64,000 bases of DNA from assembly GCA_964292275.1 (NCBI GenBank), contig CAXYUZ010000011.1:13575-77574 (forward strand), written 5' to 3'. This DNA is from an uncultured Desulfuromonadaceae bacterium. GTDB lineage: Bacteria; Desulfobacterota; Desulfuromonadia; Geobacterales; Pseudopelobacteraceae. This document shows positions 30,864 to 39,410 of this stretch, in pieces; the stretch's first letter is position 1, and each line of letters starts with the position of its first letter. The notes under the pieces are model-generated. The model did no database searches. It worked only from the letters and a program-made list of their open reading frames with translations, and was not told the origin of the DNA. The position numbers and the translations under genes were made by a program.

Positions 30864-33137
30864 ATGGGCTTTATCATCAGTCACTACCAGCTATTAATCG
30901 GGCTGGTTCTGCTTATCATCCTGCTCTGGAACTCGATAGTCATTGTCGGCGGCAATGAGATTGCGGTTCTGGAACGCAAGTACTTCGGGGCCAAGATGCC
31001 GCAGGGGCGGGTTGTCGCCATGTCCAGCGAGATCGGCGTCCAGGCGCGTACCCTCGGCCCTGGCCTGCATCTGCTGATTCCGTTCCTCTACACGACTAAA
31101 AAACAGCTCTTCACCAACATTGCCGAAAATGAGATCGGTATGCTCGAATCCATTGACGGCGATCCCGTACCGGCGGGCAAGATCTTTGCCAAGGTGGTCG
31201 AAGGGCACAACGCCTTCCAGGACGGCGAAGCCTTCCTGCACAACGGCGGTGAAAAGGGGCCGCAGATCCAGATCCTTCCACCGGGTTGCTATCGTATCAA
31301 CCCGGCCCTGTTCCGGATCAAGAAGCTTCCCGCAGTGACCGTTGAAGAAAACGAGGTTGCCCTGATTTCCTCCGTGGACGGTAGCCCGATACCTCCCGGC
31401 AAGATTTTTGCCAAGGTGGTCGAAGGGCACAACGCCTTCCAGAACGGTGAGGCATTTCTACAGAATGGCGGTGAAAAAGGGCCACAGATTGAACTGCTCC
31501 CCCCCGGCACCTACCGGATCAACCTCGATCTGTTCACCGTCCGCAAGGTTCCGGTAGTCATCATCGACAAAGGTCAAATTGGCGTTGTAACCTCCATGGA
31601 CGGGGAACAGATCCCGGCTGGACGGCTTCTGGGACGTCAGGTTCCAAAACATTCCAACTTTGAAAACGGCCAGGCCTTCCTGCACAACGGCGGTCAGAAG
31701 GGGCCGCAAATTGACATACTGCTTCCCGGTACATACCGTATCAATACCGATCTGTTCCATGTCGAGATCAAGGATGCCACTGTCATCCCGGCCAACAAGG
31801 TCGGTCTGGTAACCGCACTGGACGGTGAACCGCTCCCCGAGGCCGAATATGTCGCCAAACCGGTCACCGGCCATACAGATTATCAGGATGCATCCAAATT
31901 TCTGACTGCCGGGGGGCAGCGCGGCCCGCAGTTTGATGTACTCAAACCGGGCACCTATTACATCAACCCGCTGACCTTCAAGGTCGAACTGGATGACGTG
32001 GCAATAGTCGAACGCGGTCAGGTAGCCGTTGTCGTCTCCAACGTGGGTGAGGAACCGCCTGAGATTAAAAACGCTGTGGAGAGCACCGACAGTGAATCCC
32101 TGCAGGGAGTGGACGAACGGGTAAATCTGGGGATTGAGCGCTATGTCGTACCAAAGGGATTCCGCGGTATCCAGCAGGAGGTGGCCGGCCCCGGTTTCTA
32201 CTACCTCAACCGCCGCGCCTACATCGCCTATGTGGTTGACACAACCAACATCAGCGTTGACTGGGACGACGGTGCAGAAACCCGTTTCAACCCGCTCAAG
32301 GTCGTCTCCCGCGACGGCTTTGAAATCAACGTATCGGTCAAGGTTGTTATCCGTGTCCGTCCGGATCAGGCACCATATATGGTCTCCAAGATCGGTTCCA
32401 CCGAGAATCTGATCCAGCATGTCATCCACCCGATGATCGACTCCAGCTTCCGCAACCAGGCATCATCCACCTCGGCGATGAACTTCATGCAGGATCGCCA
32501 GGAGGAACAGCGCAAGGCAGAGGAACGCGCCCGCAAGGAACTGGAAAAATACCATGTGGAATGCGTCTCCGTACTGATCTGCCAGATCATGCTGCCGCAG
32601 GATCTGATGGACACCCAGACCCGCAAGATCATTGCCCAGCAGCAACAGGCCATGTACCAGGATCAGCAGAAGGCCGAGCAGACCCGTATCGCCACCGAAA
32701 AAACACGGGCCGAGGCCGACCAGCAGAAAAATCTGGTAGAGGCGGAGATCGGCGTCAAGATTGCCGAACAGAACAAGGAGAAGGCGATCCGCTTCGCCGA
32801 GGGTGATGCCGAGGGGATCCGCCTCAAGGCAGAGGGTGAGGCCAAGGGTATCAAGGCACGCGGTGAGGCAGAGGGGGCAAAAATTCTCGCCATGGGTGAG
32901 GCGACTGCCAAGGCCTACGAACTGCAAAACCGCGCCGTCGGCCAGCAGGGTGTTACCGCCATCGAAATCGCCAAGCAGATTGCCAGCGGCAACATCAAGG
33001 TCACACCGGACTTTCTGGTTCAGGGGGGTGAAAACATGGGAGGGCTACTGTCGGCATTCCTGACCCAGATCATTGCCGGCAAACAGGCGGCTGCGACCGT
33101 CCAGAACAGTGATCAAACGGAAGTAAAAACGATCTGA
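30864..33137 (+). CDS. Flotillin-like (SPFH/band-7 + flotillin C-terminal coiled-coil) membrane protein with ~5 tandem N-terminal repeats
   Basis: Start at ATG 30864 after AGGAGA; the track start 30714 lacks an RBS. N-terminal TM segment. About five tandem repeats of roughly 75 aa of type (D/N)G.P.P.GKIFAKVVEGHNAFQ.GEAFL.NGGEKGPQI..LPPGTYRIN, then SPFH and an Ala/Glu/Lys-rich coiled coil (EAEGAKILAMGEA). Confidence 0.75.
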   Translation: MGFIISHYQLLIGLVLLIILLWNSIVIVGGNEIAVLERKYFGAKMPQGRVVAMSSEIGVQARTLGPGLHLLIPFLYTTKKQLFTNIAENEIGMLESIDGDPVPAGKIFAKVVEGHNAFQDGEAFLHNGGEKGPQIQILPPGCYRINPALFRIKKLPAVTVEENEVALISSVDGSPIPPGKIFAKVVEGHNAFQNGEAFLQNGGEKGPQIELLPPGTYRINLDLFTVRKVPVVIIDKGQIGVVTSMDGEQIPAGRLLGRQVPKHSNFENGQAFLHNGGQKGPQIDILLPGTYRINTDLFHVEIKDATVIPANKVGLVTALDGEPLPEAEYVAKPVTGHTDYQDASKFLTAGGQRGPQFDVLKPGTYYINPLTFKVELDDVAIVERGQVAVVVSNVGEEPPEIKNAVESTDSESLQGVDERVNLGIERYVVPKGFRGIQQEVAGPGFYYLNRRAYIAYVVDTTNISVDWDDGAETRFNPLKVVSRDGFEINVSVKVVIRVRPDQAPYMVSKIGSTENLIQHVIHPMIDSSFRNQASSTSAMNFMQDRQEEQRKAEERARKELEKYHVECVSVLICQIMLPQDLMDTQTRKIIAQQQQAMYQDQQKAEQTRIATEKTRAEADQQKNLVEAEIGVKIAEQNKEKAIRFAEGDAEGIRLKAEGEAKGIKARGEAEGAKILAMGEATAKAYELQNRAVGQQGVTAIEIAKQIASGNIKVTPDFLVQGGENMGGLLSAFLTQIIAGKQAAATVQNSDQTEVKTI

Positions 33138-33146
33138 CCGGATCGC

Positions 33147-35387
33147 CTATGACGGCAGGGTTGTTGAGTCCTTGGGAGGGTTCTGACAGGAAACCTTGCC
33201 GCCACAGGCGGCCGGCCGATCCGGCATGAAACGGCAGAAGAGCAGATCGCTGCTGTTGCAGGAGATTGCGTCACCACTCCCCCTGAAACAACAGACTCGA
33301 TCAATGTCACGCATGACAGCTGCATGACGTGGATGTGTACTCAAGAACAGCTCGGTCAGTTTATCCACCGGCATAGGCCTGGCATAGTAGTACCCCTGCA
33401 CCTCATAACAGTCATGGGCAAGCAGATAGGCCTCCTGCTCGGCATATTCAATCCCTTCGGCAACCACCTCCAGATGCAGACTGCGGGCCATGCTGATAAT
33501 TGCCGCCAGCAGCTGGTTATCCTCCTCATCCTCATGGACATGCTGCAGAAAGGAGCGGTCGATCTTGAGCACATTGACCGGCAGATGCCGCAGCTGACTG
33601 AGCGAAGAATAACCGGTACCAAAGTCATCAATACTGATCTGAACTCCCAGCCGTTGCAACTCCCTCAAGTAGCCGACCGAATGTTCAAAGTTCTCCATCA
33701 GGGCCCCCTCCGTAATCTCCAGTTCGAGCGCCTGCACACAGAGCCTGTTCTCAACGATTGACTCCTTGACAATCTCGATCAGATTCTGGCGTTGCAGCTG
33801 CAACGGCGAGACATTAACGGAGAGACGGGGGAGATAAACCCCCTGGAGGTGCCACTTCTGAAGCTGATGGCATGCCTCGCGGATCACCCATTCACCAATG
33901 GCCAGAATCTGGCCGGTACTCTCGGCCAGCGGAATGAATTTATCGGGGGGGATCAGTCCCAACACGGGATGATTCCAGCGGATCAGCGCCTCCGCGCCGG
34001 CCCAGCATTTCTTCTGCAGGTTGATCCGCGGCTGGTAATACAGTTCAAGCTCGCCCTGCTCCAGCGCCCTGTGCAGGTCATTCCCCAGGCCAAGCCGCTC
34101 GGAAACCTTCAGGTGAAGCGCGCTGGAAAAAAGTTCCACATTATTTTTGCCCTTCTCCTTGGCCAGATACATGGCCGTATCGGCGCACTTGACGAGCAGA
34201 TCAACCGTTGTCCCATGTTCAGGATAGAGCGCTACCCCGATACTGGCCGACACAAACAGGCTGTTGTCCAGAATTATATATGGCTCAAAGAGACTCTTGA
34301 TGTGCTTTCTGGCAACCATCTGGGCATTTTTAAAACTCTTCACATTTTGCAGAAAGATGATGAACTCATCCCCCCCCAGACGCGCCAGGGTATCATCGGC
34401 ACGGGTCAATCGCGACAATCGCTGCGCAGTTTCCTGGAGCAGGATATCACCGACCTTGTGACCATGGGTGTCGTTAATCAATTTGAAATCATCCAGATCA
34501 ATGAACAGAATCGCCAAAACCTCGCCTGCACGCTCGGCACGCTGGATCGCCTTTTCCAGGCGGTCATTGAAGAGCGTTCTGTTAGGCAGTTTGGTCAACG
34601 AATCAAAATTCGCCATCTCGTGCAACTGGGCCTGACGCTTCAGCAGGGCATCATCACGCTGGGAGATTTCGGAAAGCATTTCATTGAAACTATCCGATAG
34701 CTGATCAATCTCCTCCGTATCACTATGGGCAACCCGCTTGGAAAAGTCCTTGTTCAGACTGACGTCACGCATCGCTTTTGCAATGTCAATCAGCGGCTCC
34801 GTAACAACCCGCTGGAACCGTTCGGCCAGGAAATAGCTGATGGCCAGTGAAAAAAGCATGATGATCACACCGATCCCGGCACTGACCATGATTTTATCGG
34901 CGATAACCCGGCTATCCTGCTCGACAAGTGTTGTGCCGACACGACTCCCGTCCCTGTAAATAGGGCGTTCGACAACAATGGCCAGATTCCAGATACTGGC
35001 GCCGACCTTCTTGCGCAACAGCTCCAGTTGGATGTTATTATCCTCTGGCTGCAAAAAGGCGGTGTCCTGGCTGTAACGCGCACTGATCCGTCCCTGTTCA
35101 TTCAAGACAAAAAACTGTTTTATGGATGGATCGGCCCTGAGTGAAACCAATGAACGCGCAATGGCCTGATCATCACCAAAGGTCAGCGCAGCGCCAACAT
35201 CGATGGCGACAATATCACTCAACGATACCAGCCGGTTGACACTTTCACGATTAAAGGAAATGTAGTTATGCACCAGAAAGCAGACAAAGGAGGCCATCAA
35301 CACAACCAGACAGGCCAGCATAATGACAAGCCGCTGCTTGTTGCGAAAACTGCCGACAGAATGGAAGAAACTTTCGAAGCGCTGCAT
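33147..35387 (-). CDS. YfiN/TpbB-like membrane sensor with periplasmic domain, HAMP, GGDEF (RLGGDEF) and EAL (EALIRW) domains
   Basis: Two TM segments flank a periplasmic domain of about 140 aa. Both GGDEF and EAL signature motifs are intact. About 60 aa of C-terminal tail after the EAL domain is low-complexity. Confidence 0.8.
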   Translation of the reverse strand: MQRFESFFHSVGSFRNKQRLVIMLACLVVLMASFVCFLVHNYISFNRESVNRLVSLSDIVAIDVGAALTFGDDQAIARSLVSLRADPSIKQFFVLNEQGRISARYSQDTAFLQPEDNNIQLELLRKKVGASIWNLAIVVERPIYRDGSRVGTTLVEQDSRVIADKIMVSAGIGVIIMLFSLAISYFLAERFQRVVTEPLIDIAKAMRDVSLNKDFSKRVAHSDTEEIDQLSDSFNEMLSEISQRDDALLKRQAQLHEMANFDSLTKLPNRTLFNDRLEKAIQRAERAGEVLAILFIDLDDFKLINDTHGHKVGDILLQETAQRLSRLTRADDTLARLGGDEFIIFLQNVKSFKNAQMVARKHIKSLFEPYIILDNSLFVSASIGVALYPEHGTTVDLLVKCADTAMYLAKEKGKNNVELFSSALHLKVSERLGLGNDLHRALEQGELELYYQPRINLQKKCWAGAEALIRWNHPVLGLIPPDKFIPLAESTGQILAIGEWVIREACHQLQKWHLQGVYLPRLSVNVSPLQLQRQNLIEIVKESIVENRLCVQALELEITEGALMENFEHSVGYLRELQRLGVQISIDDFGTGYSSLSQLRHLPVNVLKIDRSFLQHVHEDEEDNQLLAAIISMARSLHLEVVAEGIEYAEQEAYLLAHDCYEVQGYYYARPMPVDKLTELFLSTHPRHAAVMRDIDRVCCFRGSGDAISCNSSDLLFCRFMPDRPAACGGKVSCQNPPKDSTTLPS

Positions 35388-35391
35388 CGTG

Positions 35392-35916
35392 TCAGTTCCT
35401 GATGTCGTTAGCCAGCTTTAGCAGTTGGGTACCAAATGAGATCGCTGCCTTGCGGGCAGCCCCCTGGTTGAGATCAAAGGTAATCCGGTTATTTAAGGTT
35501 ACCAGCTGGACCATCCCCCCCTGACGGCTGAAATCGCGCATATCACTGATGGTCAGAATTCCGCGCCGGTTGGCCTCTGCCAGCAGAGAGGCAAGCCGGT
35601 AACGCTCGGACGATGCAATGAACAGGACCTGGCAGCAGCCAAGCTGATCAAGACTCCTGATCCGGCGAACCTCCAATGGCCGCCCCTTGATAATTTTACC
35701 CCGGCTGGTTTCCAGAACCTCATCCAGCGGTGTATTACCGATCAACCCGATTACAAAGGTTGAACAACGCCCCGCTGACGCAGGATAGGTCACAAAGATC
35801 GGCATATTCAGCAGATAGTTGGCCTTGACGCGGTATTCCTGCGGAAAGTCAGCGGCAGCCATTGCTGAACAGGTAAACAGACTGAAGAACAATATGAGCA
35901 GGAGACGTTTGATCAT
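35392..35916 (-). CDS. yfiR: YfiR family periplasmic protein (DUF4154)
   Basis: Signal peptide and YfiR-like sequence (FPQEYRVKANYLLNMPIFVTYP...). Immediately upstream of the GGDEF-EAL gene. Confidence 0.7.
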   Translation of the reverse strand: MIKRLLLILFFSLFTCSAMAAADFPQEYRVKANYLLNMPIFVTYPASAGRCSTFVIGLIGNTPLDEVLETSRGKIIKGRPLEVRRIRSLDQLGCCQVLFIASSERYRLASLLAEANRRGILTISDMRDFSRQGGMVQLVTLNNRITFDLNQGAARKAAISFGTQLLKLANDIRN

Positions 35917-35918
35917 GT

Positions 35919-37931
35919 TCAGAACCGCCAGGTTGCCTTGACTCGAAAACTGATCCCGTCCTGCGCAATTTCACGCAATGCCTCACCGCGGCTGTTATAC
36001 TGTTCAGAACCGGCCGGATGAGAGTAACGGGAATCAAACAGGTTATAGACCGAGGCAGATAGATCCAGATTTTCGATGATATCGCGGCTTAACAGCGTCA
36101 GATTAAAGATAACGCCCCCGGCGATCCGCTCACCAAGACTGTTCAGCCGGGCACTGTTGTAAACCCCCTCCAGGGTTGCAAAACTTTTCCTGAGCGGAAG
36201 GGGCGCCGTCAATGACGCCTTGGCGATATGGCGGGGTGAGTTGGTCACGAAACGTGCTGAATTAGTATTTCTTACATCCTGATAGGTATAATTGATCCGG
36301 CTGATAAAACCGTTTTCCCAGCGCCCCTCGGCATAGAGTTCCGCCCCCTTGGCCTCAACCTGGCTCTGATTCTCGTAAACCAGAAGGCCGTTTGCATCAG
36401 TGACCTGTTCGATCAGATCGCTGATTCGGGTATAAAATCCGTTGATACCAGCCTTGTAATTTTCACCGATATACTGGTCCACCCCTAGCTCGACCGTACG
36501 AATCTTTTCCGGCTTAAGATCCGGATTGCCGCGGGAACTGATCTGATCACCATAATAGAGCTCATAGGCATTGGGTGCCCGGAACGCCTCACCATAGGAG
36601 AGACGCAGCACCGTTGTCAGGGACGGTTTCCAGATCAGGGCCGCACGCGGGTTAACGGTTGAACCGAAGTTGTCGTAATGATCCCAGCGCAAACCGGCAT
36701 TCAGTATCAGATTGTCAAGAATATGGTATTCGTCCTGCAGGTAATACCCCTGTACAAAGAGGCGGCGATTGCTGTCAAGGTAACTGTTGTATTGCGGCAG
36801 AACATCAAAATTCCGCTGCTGCTGACTGAACTGCCAGCGATGTTCCATACCGCCGGTCAACTGATGGGAACCAAGCGACTTGACAAGAAAGATGTCACTG
36901 CCGATCCAGTCCGCCAGCGTCGTATCACGATTAACCGTTCTTATCTGTGTAAGCTCATCCAGGCGGGGATAATCACCATCGAACTCATAATGGTTATAGG
37001 TCAGACGCGCGTTGATATCTGCAAACCCGGCATGGTGATTGTAGTTGATACCGGCCAGCGTATGACGGTCACTGATCTTGGCAGAAGGATCATTTGATGT
37101 CGTTCCATAGGATGCGGTGGGATTATCCTTGTCCCTGGTCTGGTGCAGCACCAGCATGGAGAAGTCCTTCCAGCTCCCCTTGGCCAGCAGATCCCAGGAG
37201 TTTTCACCATCCATCCCCCTGGAAATTCCGCCATTTGTCGCCGCATATTCCGGGAACCAGAGCTTCTGTATCCCGGCAATATCGCGATAGCTGCCGGAGA
37301 TCATAAAATCGGCGCCATTATCAAACTTGCTGCCACCGCTAACGCGCCCGGTCCATGCATTAAAGCTGCCGCCAGAGGCGGAGATTTCCCCCCCGGAAAG
37401 ACTGTTGCCATCACGGGTAATGACATTGATAACCGCCAGAAAGGCATTGGTGCCATAGAGCGACGAACCGGGACCACGGATAACCTCTATTCGCTCGATC
37501 AAGTCCATATCAACCGGGAAGTCGCTCCCCAGCGGGGCCTGTTCATATACCGCGTCATTCAGACGATAACCGTCAACCAGCAGCAGGATCCGGGTATTGT
37601 AATCACCCAGCGGACTGAAACCGCGCAGGCCAACATAGTGATAGCTGCGGTCGTAGGTCGTATAGAAACCACGTACCCGGTTCAGCGCCTCGGCAAGATT
37701 GCGATAACCGCTATTACGGATATCATCGCGGGTAATAATTGAAATCGATGCCGGGGCATCAACCAACTCCTGCTGATACTTGCTGGCGCCGGTAACCGTG
37801 GTCACCTCGGTATTAAGCAGTGATTCCAGCGCATTGGGTGAATTTTCAAGCGCAGCGACGATTTCACCGGCAAAGGTAAAAGGCGAGTTCAGGAGGAGAA
37901 ATAATACCATCAGTGGGAACGTTATCTTCAT
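35919..37931 (-). CDS. TonB-dependent outer-membrane receptor
   Basis: Signal peptide, a plug domain (DAPASISIITRDDIRNSG), a beta-barrel and a C-terminal aromatic (RF). Its stop lies 2 nt from the yfiR start. Confidence 0.85.
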   Translation of the reverse strand: MKITFPLMVLFLLLNSPFTFAGEIVAALENSPNALESLLNTEVTTVTGASKYQQELVDAPASISIITRDDIRNSGYRNLAEALNRVRGFYTTYDRSYHYVGLRGFSPLGDYNTRILLLVDGYRLNDAVYEQAPLGSDFPVDMDLIERIEVIRGPGSSLYGTNAFLAVINVITRDGNSLSGGEISASGGSFNAWTGRVSGGSKFDNGADFMISGSYRDIAGIQKLWFPEYAATNGGISRGMDGENSWDLLAKGSWKDFSMLVLHQTRDKDNPTASYGTTSNDPSAKISDRHTLAGINYNHHAGFADINARLTYNHYEFDGDYPRLDELTQIRTVNRDTTLADWIGSDIFLVKSLGSHQLTGGMEHRWQFSQQQRNFDVLPQYNSYLDSNRRLFVQGYYLQDEYHILDNLILNAGLRWDHYDNFGSTVNPRAALIWKPSLTTVLRLSYGEAFRAPNAYELYYGDQISSRGNPDLKPEKIRTVELGVDQYIGENYKAGINGFYTRISDLIEQVTDANGLLVYENQSQVEAKGAELYAEGRWENGFISRINYTYQDVRNTNSARFVTNSPRHIAKASLTAPLPLRKSFATLEGVYNSARLNSLGERIAGGVIFNLTLLSRDIIENLDLSASVYNLFDSRYSHPAGSEQYNSRGEALREIAQDGISFRVKATWRF

Positions 37932-37988
37932 ACAAAGCCCTCTTAAAAATGCCGACAGAAATCAGTAATAACGGGCCATCAATACAAA

Positions 37989-38125
37989 GCCTGATTAGCG
38001 TACATCTTCCACTAGTTACCAAAATTGTCATTCCCGAAACGTTTCTGATCGGGAATCCAGACTTTAACTTTCTGAAATTGTAGATCCCCGATAAAAACAT
38101 TCGGGGATTACATTCTGAATAGCGG
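37989..38125 (+). repeat. MITE/REP-like repeat element copy B (two internal hairpins)
   Basis: About 85% identical to 38941-39078. Hairpins ATTCCCGAaacgtttctgaTCGGGAAT and ATCCCCGAtaaaaacatTCGGGGAT. Confidence 0.75.
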
Positions 38126-38192
38126 AAAAATCACGCTCATCAGGATGCGAAATATTACTATTTTTATAACAGACAATTCACCAAAGGCAAGC

Positions 38193-38780
38193 TCAGGGCG
38201 ACTTCTGGCCGAACAGGCCGATCATCATAGCAGTGGGGTCCTGCAGTCCTTCTGGTCGCTTCCCATACCAGCCAGATGTCCATTTCAGGGCACCGGCGGC
38301 ATAGAGTTCAAAATGAAGCTGTTTCGTGCCACTGACCTGACCAATCACATCTCCCGCCGCCAGCCGTTGGGAGGGTTTCAGCAGGGGTTTGCGAAGTTCG
38401 GCGTAATTGGCAACAAAATCACCATGATCCACCAGAACCGCATAGGTCACCTCGCCGTTGCGGCGGATATAAAAACGGGCTATCCGGCGGACAACGCCAT
38501 CCTTGATCGCCCGCACATCCGTACCTGCCCCCCCTGGCGGGTAGAGGTCAACACCGGCATGCCGTCTGCGCCCGCCATTACGCGGCGCACCAAAGAACGG
38601 ATAATCATCCGACCCGCGCGGCCAGTGCCCGCAACCAATCGACGTATCCCTCTCAAAGGGATATCTGGGCCTGCCTTCAAAGGGTGGCGTCAGTGCACCG
38701 GCCCCATCGGCCAGGGCCACCACCGGCAAACAGATCAAAAACAACCATCCAGACAGCAGCAAATTTCGTATCATCTTCAT
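38193..38780 (-). CDS. M23 family (LytM-like) metallopeptidase, secreted
   Basis: Signal peptide. HxxxD (HAGVDL) and HxH-like (LHFELY) motifs. Flanked on both sides by direct copies of the 135-bp repeat. Confidence 0.7.
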   Translation of the reverse strand: MKMIRNLLLSGWLFLICLPVVALADGAGALTPPFEGRPRYPFERDTSIGCGHWPRGSDDYPFFGAPRNGGRRRHAGVDLYPPGGAGTDVRAIKDGVVRRIARFYIRRNGEVTYAVLVDHGDFVANYAELRKPLLKPSQRLAAGDVIGQVSGTKQLHFELYAAGALKWTSGWYGKRPEGLQDPTAMMIGLFGQKSP

Positions 38781-38940
38781 CCAATCACCTCAGGGGGAAG
38801 AATATCAGGCGACAAGCGATTGCGAAATCCATTTTTGAAAGGCTGAACAAGAAAATGAAACGATCAGTTCCGTACTGTCCGTTGAGGTTATCCGTGGAAT
38901 TCACTCCGCAAAACCGTAATCAACCGGGCTAAAAAATATG

Positions 38941-39078
38941 ACCTGATTAGCGTCAATCTTCCGTTAGTTACAAACTTTGTCATTCCCGAAACGATTCTGA
39001 TCGGGAATCCAGTCTTTAACTATTTGAAATCATGGATCCCCGATAAAGACATTCGGGGATGACATTCTTAATAGCAGA
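38941..39078 (+). repeat. MITE/REP-like repeat element copy C
   Basis: Direct-orientation copy of 37989-38125. Confidence 0.75.
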
Positions 39079-39277
39079 TGAATAGTTCTAATCAGAAAAC
39101 ATGATGGAGTTTTTTTGCAGAACACGCCGGGATCAGACAGAATCTTTTACCCACCAGCAGCCAAATGACTTTTCAATTGAAAAAAAATTCCGGCAACTGC
39201 ATTATTCAGAAGGATTGGAACTTATTGAAAGTAGAGACTAAGTGAAACCTGCTCTATAACCTGGTTTTTCCTCTGAT

Positions 39278-39362
39278 ATTGTTCCGGTGATTAAACATTT
39301 AAACCCTGCTGTAGGGGCGTATTGCATACGCCCAGATTGGGCGAACATCGATTCGCCCCTAC
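39278..39362 (+). ncRNA. Conserved ~85-nt structured element (copy 1), 5' of ABC-2 transporter operon; candidate cis-regulatory RNA or promoter module
   Basis: atattgttccggtgattaaacatttaaa...GTAGGGGCG tattgcatacgcccagattgggcgaacatcgatt CGCCCCTAC. A 9-bp closing stem with internal hairpins. Two further copies show compensatory changes. Confidence 0.4.
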
Positions 39363-39410
39363 TATTCATATATTTTATCACTGGATCAATAACAACAAGG
39401 AAAATGACAA

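Noticed and set aside
31458-32429. 323-aa minus-strand ORF; also 33792-34700 (+), 55781-56440 (+), 57662-58207 (+), 52944-53813 (+), 9794-10402 (-), 22822-23514 (-), 60861-61427 (-)
   Set aside because: All are antisense to well-supported genes (flotillin-like, GGDEF-EAL, hpnA, shc, hpnH, prfC, cobQ, AOR). The translations are low-complexity without motifs.
33147-33330. ~60-aa low-complexity C-terminal tail on the GGDEF-EAL protein, considered as frameshift/pseudogene evidence
   Set aside because: The EAL domain appears complete before the tail. The tail may be genuine read-through to the next stop, and no frameshift is evident without reads.
39311-39330. Sigma-54 promoter (GG-N10-GC) within the conserved element
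   Set aside because: The GG and GC dinucleotides are 2-3 nt too close relative to the TGGCAC-N5-TTGCW consensus. Copy 3 lacks the GG.
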